In this document: in pieces, positions 1 through 11,700 of the stretch
How the letters are laid out: every line of letters begins with the position of its first letter
Numbering within the stretch: position 1 is the stretch's first letter
NCBI GenBank assembly: GCA_002269645.1
Contig: NIVC01000032.1
Location: forward strand, 1,364,001-1,428,000
DNA from: Macrostomum lignano
Taxonomy: Eukaryota
DNA length: 64,000 bases
Direction of reading: 5' to 3'
Notes under the pieces: model-generated
The model's database searches: none
The model's input: the letters and a program-made list of their open reading frames with translations, nothing else
Told to the model about the DNA's origin: nothing
Program-made: the position numbers and the translations under genes

Positions 1-20
1 AGCAGGTTCCATCTTACCCG

Positions 21-404
21 ATGCACGCCCCTGGCGCGGTGGTCACTGGGCAACCAGCGCTGGCGCATCCGCCTCAGCAGCGCGAATGGAACTCCGGAAT
101 CATGGCCTGCTGCGAGGACGTGGGCGGCTGCTGCCTGACCTTCTTCTGCGGCCCGTACGAGCTCTGCTGCGGTCTGTCGCAGCGAATGGGCGAAAGCTGC
201 TGCACCCCGATCTGTCTCGGCTGCGTTGGCAGCTCCGTGACGCTCATGACTTACCGGGTGAAACTGAGGGCCAGGTACAACATTAAAGGCAGCATTCTGA
301 GCGATTGTTGCACTACGATCTGCTGCGCGAGCTGCGTACAGTGCCAGCTAAAGAGGGAGCTCGACTACATTGAGAACAGCCTGGGTCTCCGGCCAGCCTT
401 CTGA
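21..404 (+). CDS. PLAC8/cornifelin-family cysteine-rich protein (N-terminus may extend beyond the window)
   Basis: 127-aa ORF with W..G...CC.D...CC...FC, Cys-rich core, R.K.R.RYNI.GS...DCC...CC..C..CQL.REL, typical of the PLAC8 family. The frame is also open upstream of the ATG back to the window edge (QVPSYP). Confidence 0.9.
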   Translation: MHAPGAVVTGQPALAHPPQQREWNSGIMACCEDVGGCCLTFFCGPYELCCGLSQRMGESCCTPICLGCVGSSVTLMTYRVKLRARYNIKGSILSDCCTTICCASCVQCQLKRELDYIENSLGLRPAF

Positions 405-674
405 CTTGACCACTTGATGGGTCGATTTTATTGGACGAATTCTATGAGACTCGTGATTCAAATAACTTTAATTTTTCTCTTTTTAGATTCCTAATCCCGA
501 AAGCTATCATATTTACTGAATCTATATTTTTTTCTGAAGTGCCCCTGGTGTTAAAGTTTTATTTTACCTTCTGTGATATTTTCTCGACCTACTTTAACTT
601 TAAAAATTCGAATACAATTCGCTTCTGAGCAATTCTTCAAAAAGAAAAAATGGTTTTTCGTGAGCATCGAGACA

Positions 675-680
675 AATAAA
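675..680 (+). promoter_or_regulatory. Candidate polyadenylation signal of the PLAC8 gene
   Basis: AATAAA ~270 nt after the stop codon in an AT-rich 3' region; motif only. Confidence 0.35.
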
Positions 681-869
681 CTGTTCCTTTTACTGTCAAT
701 TTGTTTTGCTATATCTTAAAATGCATGCACAATCTTGCGAACATATCTTCGTGCCGGTGCAGCACAATTGCAAAATCGTAGGCCTCCATAAGGTCTATAA
801 GGCTGAAAGAACTGTTACAACTTCTGCAGATATTATTTTGCTTTTTAATGCCAGTGCACTATCAATAAT

Positions 870-913
870 GTCTGTCCGTCTATCTGTCTGTCTGTCTGTC
901 TGTCCGTCTGTCC

Positions 914-965
<52 letters not shown>

Positions 966-982
966 GTCTGTCTGTCTGTCTA

Positions 983-1023
<41 letters not shown>

Positions 1024-1024
1024 G

Positions 1025-1059
<35 letters not shown>

Positions 1060-1060
1060 G

Positions 1061-1103
<43 letters not shown>

Positions 1104-1104
1104 A
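870..1104. repeat. (TCTG)n microsatellite
   Basis: Near-perfect tetranucleotide run; explains the SVCL/DRQT pseudo-ORFs. Confidence 0.98.
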
Positions 1105-1272
1105 TGCTTATTTATCACATAAAAAAGAAACAAACGCGCAAAGTATTTCATTGTCTGCTTTATTTTAAGTCTCGATAACGTTTTTCGCGTCTGATGTGTA
1201 ACCTGAACTCGATAATGGTGCAACAGTTTGAATGCTGCGTGATGGAAATTCCTATAAGCCAAACTGCGCACT

Positions 1273-4200
1273 CTACACCGAGTTCTTGCTGGTCATCAAG
1301 TATGGCCGCTCCTGAATAACAAAATTTGTAGAGAAAAACTTTGCTTCAGTAGATTTTAATAAGTAGCAAGGAACAGATATTTAAAGCTTAAATTAGGATT
1401 ACCTGAGTTGGACAGGAGAAGCTACCAGCAGGATCCCAGTTGGTGGTCTTCTGGCCCACTGGTTCCAGCTGAAGTTTTGGTTTGGTTTTTGTTTTCGTTA
1501 GAATTTAATTTATTCAGTTAGACTTTGACACCGGTTACACCATCAATATCACAGATTACAGCATCAATATCACAGTCGATTACAGCATCAATATCGCAGA
1601 TTACAGCATCAATATCACCGTCGATTACAGCATCAATATCACAGATTACAGCATCAATATCACAGTCGATTACAGCATCAATATCGCAGATTACAGCATC
1701 AATATCACAGTCGATTACAGCATCAATATCACAGATTACAGCATCAATATCACAGATTATAGCAACAATATCACAGATTACAGCATCAATATCACAGATT
1801 ACAGCATCAATATCACAGTCGATTACAGCATCAATATCGCAGATTACAGCATCAATATCACAGTCGATTACAGCATCAATATCACAGATTACAGCATCAA
1901 TATCACAGATTATAGCAACAATATCACAGATTACAGCATCAATATCACAGATTGCAGCATCAATATCACAGTCGATTACAGCATCAATATCGCAGATTAC
2001 TTCATCGATATCACAGTCGATTACAGCATCAATATCACAGATTACAGCATCAATATCGCAGATTACAGCATCAATATCACAGATTACAGTATCAATGCCG
2101 CAGATTACAGCATCAATATCACAGATTACAGCATCAATATCACAGATTACAGCATCAATATTACAGTCGATTACAGCATCAATATCACAAATTACAGCAT
2201 CAATATCACAGATTACAGCATCAATATCACAGTCGATTACAGCATCAATATCGCAGATTACAGCATCAATATCACAGATTACAGCATCAATATCACAGAT
2301 TACAGCATCAATATCGCAGATTACAGCATCAATATCACAGATTACAGTATCAATGCCGCAGATTACAGCATCAATATCACAGATTACAGCATCAATATCG
2401 CAGATTACAGCATCAATATCACAGATTACAGTATCAATATCACAGATTACAGCATCAATATCACAGATTACAGTATCAATGCCGCAGATTACAGTATCAA
2501 TATCACAGATTACAGCATCAATATCACAGATTACAGCATCAATATCGCAGATTACAGCATCAATATCACAGATTACAGTATCAATATCACAGATTACAGC
2601 ATCAATATCACAGATTACAGTATCAATGCCGCAGATTACAGCACCAAAACCGCAGACTACATCACCTTGCATTAAAAGGGCTGCATTCAGTGTTGCTCAT
2701 CATCTCACCATATTGTTCCACAGTCCTTTGCCTGCGGCGCTGTGACCCCGCACACCAAAGTGGAAACAGTCTGGCGCAAAGAAGTCGAAGTCGATTTCTC
2801 CGTTGATCCTTGGCGGCTGGCTGTCGCGCAGGAACGGCTGGTTCACCACAGTGAAGTCGTCGCGGGTGTCGTAACGACCAGAGTCAATCAGTTCGTTGAG
2901 CAGCCGCTGATAGTCCTTCTGCAGGTTGGCGATCTCTTGCTCCTAGTATATTGGTTTGATTGAATTTGAGGTGAAGGTGCTCAAAGTTTCATTTTAGTTC
3001 TCGATTTTGAGGAATTATGAGCTCATACGATAATTCACGAGCACATGCAGTTTCTAGCTGTCAAGTTACGTGTTTGGAAACGATACCTGTTCCTCGCTCT
3101 CAGGGAAAGCTGGACACTTGCAGAGCATCGAACCCAGCAGCACAGAGCAGGTGGGGCTGCCGTCTTTCAACTCCTTCACTAGAGTGACATCCAGAACTTC
3201 GACAACGTTGACAAAGGCTCGAGGCACATTATCGTGCAGATAGTCTAGCGCGTTGCGAATATGTCGGATGTAGTTCTCGGGGCTGAACATCTCCTAGAAA
3301 ATGATCAACCAGTTAAAAAGAATTTGCTATTACGTTGTTAGTGTTCCACAACCGAGTTTCGACCAGTGTAAATCGTCTTGTTGTCTTTTTAACAAACCTT
3401 ATCCTTGCAGTAGTCACAGATGTCGTTTCCGCCAACGAATAAAGTTATCAACTTCCAATCGTTGTTAAAGTCCACGTTAGAGTCGGATTTTAACTTTCTG
3501 ACCAACGACTCGGCTTGTTTAGGCATATCACTGAAATTCAGATTTTTATTTGAATTTTATTTTTAGGTTGTCGTAGTAGGCTTCCGGGCACCCCCGGCAA
3601 CACTAGCGCAGCGCTTTCGGCGACATCGTCACACAACCAGCGCTAAAGTACAATAATTCTGCCCATTCGCGCCGACTAGTCAGGCATTCCACTACAGGAA
3701 AACTACGCGACTAGACCATGGGTCCACGGTGGCATGGACTCGACTAGTCATGGCTCCCGTGGACTCGAGAAATCTAATTTATAGAGAATAGAGAATATTA
3801 AAGATTATTAGATATTAAAATTTAAAGATTATAATATTAAATATTATAGAGAATATTAAATTTATTAATAGCGCCGAAATTAAAATGAAACGAAAATTGC
3901 TCAGATTTCTCGAGTCCACGGGAGCCATGACTAGTCGAGTCCATGCCACCGTGGACCCATGGTCTAGTCGCGTAGTTTTCCTGTGGTGGAATGCCTGACT
4001 AGTCCTCCGCCGTTAGGTGCACTGTAACTAACAGGTGAGTACTGTAACTATCAGGTGAGTACTGTAACTATCAGATGAGTACTGTAACTATCAGGTGAGT
4101 ACTGTAACTATCAGGTGAGTACTGTAACTATCAGGTGAGTACTGTAACTATCAGATGAGTACTGTAACTATCAGGTGAGTACTGTAACTATCAGGTGAGT

Positions 4201-6958
4201 ACTGTAACTATCAGGTGAGTACTGTAACTATCAGGTGAGTACTGTAACTATCAGGTGAGTACTGTAACTATCAGGTGAGTACTGTAACTATCAGATGAGT
4301 ACTGTAACTATCAGGTGAGTACTGTAACTATCAGATGAGTACTGTAACTATCAGGTGAGTACTGTAACTATCAGGTGAGTACTGTAACTAACAGGTGAGC
4401 ATCATAACTAACAAGTGAGCACAGCGTCCCAAACAACCCCAAACAAAATCCCAGCAGCAGCTCACGCAGCAAGCTTTCCCGGCTCAGCAACGTTCAGCCT
4501 GGCAACCGAAGAAATCACATTCCCGTTGCCAGTCGAATAACCATAAAGATTCGTCTGCTTGTGACGAATAATGTCTGGAATAAAATAAACACTTTGTTGA
4601 AATTCAATCGATGCTGTGATAGTCAACTAGTTCAAATTTGAGAAAGGCTTACTAGGAAGAGTTGAGTGCTGTTCAGGAGTTGGTTCGCCACCGATACTAA
4701 AACCGGTATGCAAAAAATCACATTAAATACTAAACATACATGAAAATGTAACCATCAATATCTTCTGATTGTGAAAAAGTGCAGTGAAGAAGAGATGCAA
4801 GATCTGGAATGCAGGAAGTTGATGCTCAGGATGCAGGGAGGGGAATCTCAGGATGCAGGAAGGGGAATCTCAGGATGCAGGGAGGGGAATCTCAGTATGC
4901 AGGGAGGGGAATCTCAGGATGCAGGGAGGGGAATCTCAGGATGCAGGGAGGGGAATCTCAGGATGCAGGGAGGAGAATCTCAGGATGCAGGGAGGGGAAT
5001 CTCAGGATGCAGGGAGAGGAATCTCAGGATGCAGGGAGGGGAATCTCAGGATGCAGGGAGGGGAATCTCAGGATGCAGGGAGGGGAATCTCAGGATGCAG
5101 GAAGGGGAATCTCAGGATGCAGGGAAGGGAAGCGCAGGATGCAGGGAGGGGAATCTCAGGATGCAGGGAGAGGAATCTCAGGATGCAGGGAGGGGAATCT
5201 CAGGATGCAGGGAGGGGAATCTCAGTATGCAGGGAAGGGAATCTCAGGATGCAGGGAGGGGAATCTCAGGATGCAGGGAGGGGAATCTCAGGATGCAGGG
5301 AGGGGAATCTCAGTATGCAGGGAAGGGAATCTCAGGATGCAGGGAGGGGAATCTCAGGATGCAGGGAGGGGAATCTCAGGATGCAGGGAGGGGAATCTCA
5401 GGATGCAGGGAGGGGAATCTCAGGATGCAGGAAGGGGAATCTCAGGATGCAGGGAGGGGAATCTCAGGATGCAGGGAGGGGAATCTCAGGATGCAGGAAG
5501 GGGAATCTCAGGATGCAGGAAGGGGAATCTCAGGATGCAGGGAGGGGAATCTCAGGATGCAGGGAGGGGAATCTCAGGATGCAGGAAAAGGAATCTCAGG
5601 ATGCAGGGAGGGGAATCTCAGGATGCAGGGAGAGGAATCTCAGGATGCAGGAAGGGGAACCTCAGGATGCAGGGAGGGGAATCTCAGGATGCAGGGAGGG
5701 GAATCTCAGGATGCAGGGAGGGGAACCTCAGGATGCAGGGAGGGGAATCTCAGGATGCAGGAAGGGGAAGCGCAGGATGCAGGGAGGGGAAGCGCAGAAT
5801 GCAGGGAGGGGAATCTCAGGATGCAGGGAGGGGAATCTCAGGATGCAGGAAAAGGAATCTCAGGATGCAGGGAGGGGAATCTCAGGATGCAGGGAGAGGA
5901 ATCTCAGGATGCAGGAAGGGGAACCTCAGGATGCAGGGAGGGGAATTTCAGGATGCAGGGAGGGGAATCTCAGGATGCAGGGAGGGGAACCTCAGGATGC
6001 AGGGAGGGGAATCTCAGGATGCAGGAAGGGGAAGCGCAGGATGCAGGGAGGGGAAGCGCAGAATGCAGGGAGGGGAATCTCAGGATGCAGGAAGGGGAAG
6101 CGCAGGATGCAGGGAGGGGAATCTCTTACCTCCAAGCGTAGCCCCTGTACTCAATGAGCAGTCCAACAATCCCAGTGGCCCGAGCTCCGCTGCCGGCAGT
6201 CAGCGAATCGCCCATCGCTGCGACAACGTCAATGTCGGCTGGTCGAAGTCGATGCACGGAGGTCGGTGGCTCTGTCGATCGTTGCAGGTCGCAGGGGAAA
6301 TCAATTTTTGGAGTGGATTGCCTACTGGATCGGCGGCTGGCTCTGACCATCTGATCCTGAACAGCCCAGCGGTGGTACACCGGGTGCGACTGCACCGCGG
6401 TGACCGCCTGCAGCAGACGACTGCTCCAGTCGGTGGTGCTGCGGTCGCTCACTCGGCTGCTGACGTACTCGATGGCTGAGTGGATCTCTGCTTTGGAAGG
6501 CTGGCTGACTGAAATTTTGCGGAGAGGCGGAGTGATATTTTTTACAGAGTGAATTCTCAGTAGTTACAGGAGTGCCTTTGGTTCAGAGAGTGACTTTGTT
6601 TGTCGAGAGAGTGAATTTCATCAAGTCTAGCAAAGGAATTTTGTTCAATCGAAAGGTGACTTTTGTCTAGTCCAGAGAGTGCCTTTTGTTTAGCCTAGAG
6701 AGTGACTTTTGACTAGCTTAGAGAGTGACTTGTCTAGCTTAGAGAGTGACTTCTGTCTAGTCTAAAGAGTGACTTTTTTAAAGTCTATAGAGTGACTTCT
6801 GTCTAGTCCAGAGAGTGACCTTTTCGATGCAAGTGTGCTGCAAGAATTACACCGGGGAAATGCAGTTTAATTAAACAAAAAATGAGCAACTCAAACTCAC
6901 ATGAGGAAGCGACAGCAGAAATTCCAACCAGCAAAAGCAGCGACAGAACAGTCGACAT
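1273..6958 (-). CDS. PLB1: Secreted phospholipase B1-like GDSL/SGNH lipase, single catalytic domain, 9 exons, ~422 aa
   Basis: Exons (minus): 6958-6901, 6508-6130, 4696-4653, 4574-4466, 3530-3398, 3293-3087, 2942-2709, 1468-1403, 1311-1273. All introns are GT-AG with consistent phases; total 1269 nt. Signal peptide MSTVLSLLLLVGISAVASS, then VHRLRPADIDVVAAMGDSLTAG (GDSL), LFVGGND, FFAPDCFH (DxxH), LWNNMLEPVGQK and terminal PYL.TSKNS. Confidence 0.93.
1543..2645. repeat. 21/24-bp minisatellite (CAGATTACAGCATCAATATCA) in lipase intron 7
   Basis: About 50 tandem units with GTC-insert and GT/GCCG variants; lies between exons 2709 and 1468. Confidence 0.97.
3674..4004. mobile_element. MITE/foldback-like palindromic element with ~100-bp inverted arms and an AT-rich core
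   Basis: 3674-~3776 (GACTAGTCAGGCATTCC...CTCGAGAAATCT) is the near-perfect reverse complement of ~3903-4004. The spacer is almost pure A/T/G low complexity. TSD is ambiguous (TA or CTAG within terminal GACTAGTC). Confidence 0.8.
4021..4420. repeat. 20-bp minisatellite (ACTGTAACTATCAGGTGAGT)
   Basis: About 19 near-identical units in lipase intron 4. Confidence 0.97.
4805..6125. repeat. 22-bp minisatellite (GCAGGGAGGGGAATCTCAGGAT) filling lipase intron 2
   Basis: About 60 units; starts at the 5' splice site of the 6508-6130 exon. Gives stop-free ORFs in all three + frames with a 22-aa period. Confidence 0.97.
6545..6822. repeat. Degenerate ~20-23-bp tandem repeat (AGAGAGTGACTTTTGTCTAG) in lipase intron 1
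   Basis: Recurring GAGTGACTT/GAGTGCCTT core every ~20-25 bp. Confidence 0.75.
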
Positions 6959-7533
6959 GATCAGAAACGGATTACCACCCTGACAGAGCGCTTTCGGTGT
7001 TGTTTTACTGAAGTTACACGACTGTTTTCTTATGAAAAGAAATAACAAACTAGCCAGAATCTAATTGTGCTGCAAGACTAATTTTTATTAACCCGTGGCA
7101 ATTAACAATCGGTTATTAAATTGTTGCCAATTGGTAATATTCAGTTTTTTTTCAAAGCAGCAATCCTTGAGAAAACCGACACCTGGAACCAGTGACGCCT
7201 GAAGAATTGGTCGGCTGCTCTAAGCGAGAGAGGAGTCACAAAGGAAGGTCTCGCCCTGTTCACTGTGTGGCGTGATAGAAGCCTGGGTTCAGCTACTAAC
7301 AGAAAATGATTTTCCGAACTAAAATTGCCCAATGAAGCTTAATCTCAACTGTGAATTGAAAGATTTACTACATGTTATACTACTCACTAGTTAGTAGCTT
7401 TAAATAGTTGTTGGTTCTAATTTACGATATTAGATTATGTTAGATAGTTTATTATACTATGGTATTATAGTCTATATTACGTCCTTTAAACGCAAATCAT
7501 GCTATTTACGCTGGAAGCGTGTTTTTGCCGCAC

Positions 7534-7779
7534 AAATTGGAATCTCGGCTTGGCTCTGCTCGTGCAATTAACGCCCTTGAGGCCCAACCCCCAAGGCACA
7601 GTGAAGTGTACATGCCCAACGATTAATAAAGTTAGGGCCGCTGTACACTCCTGTGTGAGTGTGTGCCTGTGCGTATGACTGCGTACGTATCCGCGCGCTT
7701 GTGTGCCTGCTCAGGGGAGTCGGCATAATGGGGGCATCAATGCCTCTCGCTGGTTGTGCTACAATGTCGCTTAAAGTGC
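7534..7779. repeat. Dispersed ~170-250-bp repeat, unclassified
   Basis: AAATTGGAATCTCGGCTTGGCTCTGCTCGTGCAATTAA...CCTGCTCAGGGGAGTCGG...TCGCTTAAAGTGC. Also at 11736-11904, 28348-28592, 45135-45377 and 61952-62194, with diverged partial copies at ~41095-41190 and ~58580-58675. Confidence 0.85.
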
Positions 7780-8740
7780 ACCAGGGTTCACACAGTCCTC
7801 CCCCTCTAATAAAAATTCTCTTTACGTCTTTAGAGCGAAGTTGTCTATGGCCAAATCCTATTCAGCGTCTGCATTTCGAGCGTGGCCACTCGCCAAAAAT
7901 ACTACTTTTTCTAAACTTTTTTCTTAATAAACTTGTTGGTGCACCTCATACAAAACCTATATTCGTTAATGCATTTTGCAGAAAAAAATCAGCCTCCAAC
8001 GAACTTTAACTGCAAGTGCAGTGTCCTACGAGTATTTTAGCCGTCCATTCATCAAACAGGGCATCAGTGTAAACATGGTTACACTGATGGTACGCAATAA
8101 AATAAGGGAGCAAAAATCAATGGCTGGGCTAGAAGATGTTGGCCTGGGTTACGTGGGTTACGCCACCCCATGTAGGGCAGGGTAACCCACGAGACAAACC
8201 CAGCCAACACAGGACGCAGATTGGTGACAAATAGTTCGCTTCTCTTGTAAACCTTCTAAAGTGGCGAGGCTTGGAAGTTCTGAGAGGAGTGGCTGGCGTG
8301 GGGGGTTGGGGTTTTGGGGGGTTGGGTCCGGTCATTGATTCACTCCATTCATTTTGGTCTGGCGTGGTTGTGGTGGAATGAGGGAGAGAGAGGAGTGTAG
8401 TATAGGCAGAGATAAGGCAAGAACGATTGTGTGTGCCTGCGTGTAGGGGCCTATTACGCAATCTCTGCCCCGCCACCCCACTAGCACACACCCCCTGCCG
8501 CGTTCAACCGTTGAACTGGACTGTACATTTACACCCTAAAACCCCCCTCTATTGTGCGCACAATGACTGCCGCAACACCCCGGCATGCGTGGAGGAAAAC
8601 CAAGCCCCGGTTTTATGCATGCGTGGCCAAGAAGACAGTGTGAGCCAGGCCGCGGAGAGAACACAACGCAGAGAAAAAGGGAGCGGGAACGGAAGAAGAA
8701 CCCAGGTCAAAACAACTGTTACCACCGTCCACTACCCAGC

Positions 8741-11700
8741 ATGCACCGATACCAGCTGTCGCCCATTCACCGACATCAGAGAAGTCTGGCGGCAGCAGCA
8801 TCTTCCAGTCGAAATACCCGGTCGCAGGGTCTGCCTCAGCCTCCGCTCGCCGTGAAATTCGGCCTCGCTCTGGGAGAATCTCCCAACGCATCGGCTTCCT
8901 CGTTGTCTTCCCTGTCCGCTGCTGACGAAGCGCCAGCGACTATGCCGCGGCAGCCGTTGAAACGCTTTCTCGAGCCGCCTCGTCCCGTTACCATGACAAC
9001 TTGTTGCCAGGCCGAGTGCAACAAAACCGGAGAAGGTTCCTCGCAGAATGGACTGTCTCAGGCTGACAATCGGCAGAAGCAGCAACAGCAGCTCCGGTTA
9101 GTCTACTGTGAGAACAGCTTGTCCAGGTTCCGGCCGCCGCCTCGGCGAACTCTGTCCTTCCCGCCGCCCATTGCGTGCTCAACTCGAGCCCTGCCGATTC
9201 TTGTTCAACCGCTGGAGTGTCTGGCAGCGGCAAGCCCTGACCAGGCCGACACCGCCAAGTTCACCGCCTCTCCGACTCCGTCGCCGATCGTCCGGAGCAA
9301 GTCGCCGACTCATGCCGGCTGTCGTCGCCGTGCCGACCGACGCAGGCGTCGAGTTCGGTTCGCCGACGCGCTGGGCTTTGAGCTGACGAATGTCCGTGTC
9401 GTGGTCTGCGATCCGGAGGAGCCGCCGGTTATTCCTGGCCACGTGCTGAAGGCTCTTCGACGCCAGATGTCTCTTAGGGCGGCCGGGGCGAACGACGAAC
9501 GACAATGGGACGATTACTATGAATTCGGGTTTGAGGAGAGCGCGGTCGCTGAGCGTGCGGGTGAGTTACTACAATACAATAAAAAAATTCCAGGATGCAC
9601 CCAGATTCCCTCCTCGCGATACACCAAACACGAGTTTATTTCCCCCTAGAGTCTTCCTCTTAAGATTGTTCCCCGAAATCCTCTCAGGATTGTTCCCCAA
9701 AATCCTCTCAAGATTCTTCCCCGAAATCCTCTCAAGATTCTTCCCCAAAATCCTCTCAAGATTCTTCCCCGAAATCCTCTCGAGATTCTTCCCTGAAGAT
9801 CCTCCCGAGATTCTTCCCCATACTTCCCCGAGTTTCTTCCCCATAATTCCCCGAGTTTCTTCCCCATAATTCCCCGAGTTTCTTCCCCATGATTCCCCGA
9901 GTTTCTTCCCCATAATTCCCCCGAGTTTCTTCCCCATGATTCTCCCGACCCCATAATTCCCCCGAGTTTCTTCCCCATGATTCCCCCGAGATTCTTCCCC
10001 AAAATCCTTCCCAAGATTCTCCCCGAAATCCTATTAAGACTCTGCCGAAATCCACTCAAGATTCTCCCCCAAAATCCTCCTCAAGATTCTTCCCCGGAAT
10101 CCTCCCGAGATTCTTCCCTGAAGATCCTCCCGAGATTCTTCCCCATAATTCCCCGAGTTTCTTCCCCATAATTCCCCGAGTTTCTTCCCCATAATTCCCC
10201 CGAGTTTCTTCCCCATGATTCCCCGAGTTTCTTCCCCATGATTCCCCCGACCCCATAATTCCCCCGAGTTTCTTCCCCATGATTCCCCCGAAATTCTTTC
10301 CCATGATTCCCCGAGATTCTTCCCCAAAAATTCTCCCGAGATTCTTCCCCATAATTCCCCCGAGATTCTTCCCCAAAATCCTTCCCAAGATTCTCCCCGA
10401 AATCCTATTAAGACTCTTTGCCGAAATCCACTCAAGATTCTCCCCCAAAATCCTCCTCAAGATTCTTGCCCGGAATCCTCCCGAGATTCTTTCCCAAGAT
10501 TCTTCCCCGAAATCCTCTTAAGATTTGTACCCAAAATCATCTCAAGATTCTTCCCCATAATTCCCCGGGATTCTTCCCCATAATTCCCCCGAGACTCTTC
10601 CCTATTGGAATAAGTTTCAAATTCAAAAACCCGCGGACGCGCGACACGGGTGCCAAAATTGTGCCCTCAAAAGCGCGACGCGACACCAAATTTTGTTGAC
10701 GGGGGGCGGCGACGCGCGACGCAACACCGATGTCTGTTGACCGAATGACAGGGGGGGGGGGGGAGGACGCCACAGCAGCCACGTCGCAATTGACAATTCC
10801 CGTTCACCGAAAACATGGGGCGAGGGACGAGAGTATTCCTTTCAATTTCGCGGAAAAAGAAAAGAAATTTAAAAACAATAAACAGTAAAATAACAAAGGT
10901 ACAACACTTAGAAAAACAGCGCACGCATTGTAACTAACAAGTAACATTTCTAAAAATTATATTTGAAGTATTAGTTACTTTACTGTCAAAATAAAAAAGA
11001 AAAATTCAAGAACTTGTTATTATCAAACATGTTTGAAACATTTAAATACCGAGAAACAACCGTGAACATATTACAATGAAACACAGTTTGCAAGGTTTTG
11101 GCTACAGGTCCAGGCCGCGACGCGATGCATGACGACACCAGGTTTCCAGTGTTGCGCGACGCGACACACCACTTGACACCACTGTCGCGCGACGCGACAT
11201 CAGGAGAATCCGAAAATGCGACGGACGGTCGTCCGCGTTTTGTCAACTTATTCCAATAGGGAGACTCTTCTCCATAATTTCCCAAAACTCTTCATCAAAC
11301 TTCATCAAAGGGAAAGTGAGAAAGTGAGCTTCTACCCCTCGTAATCTTGTACAAATCGATATCAATAAAAGTTTCTCCCCATCAATCTCATCTTAGCCGT
11401 AGTCGACAAGCCATCACAACCGGCGCCACTGGGCTACTCAACCTGCTGGAGGCCTCTGTTCTCAACGCAACCACCAACCGATGCTGTGGAGAGACGCGTT
11501 GCTGATGAGAAAATCGCACTTGAGTCGGTCAGGCTGGAGACAATGGCACTGGAGGCCAATGTACAAGTACAAAACCTTGGACCAGTGAAACAGGTTCGTC
11601 AATACTCGTTGGAGACAATTCTCAAATTTATTAATTTTCGCGTTGCTTGATCAAGATTTTCTGAATTAGCCTTAGCCTAGCCTTAGCCTAGAGGTCCAGC

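Noticed and set aside
706-1271. SVCL/DRQT repeat ORFs, also at 19.7, 37 and 54.5 kb
   Set aside because: Microsatellite artefacts.
1518-2806. Three long ORFs (384, 406, 284 aa)
   Set aside because: Translations of a 21/24-bp stop-free minisatellite lying within an intron of the lipase.
4021-4420. CAG|GTGAGT donor consensus in the 20-bp array as decoy splice sites
   Set aside because: It is antisense to the host lipase transcript, so it cannot act on that pre-mRNA.
4771-6479. 434-556-aa ORFs in all three + frames
   Set aside because: 22-bp tandem repeat without stops, antisense to lipase intron 2; no domain signal.
7976-8185. Possible small upstream exon (tttgcag...ATG|gtacgc)
   Set aside because: No recognisable similarity and no phase link to PPP1R3 could be supported.
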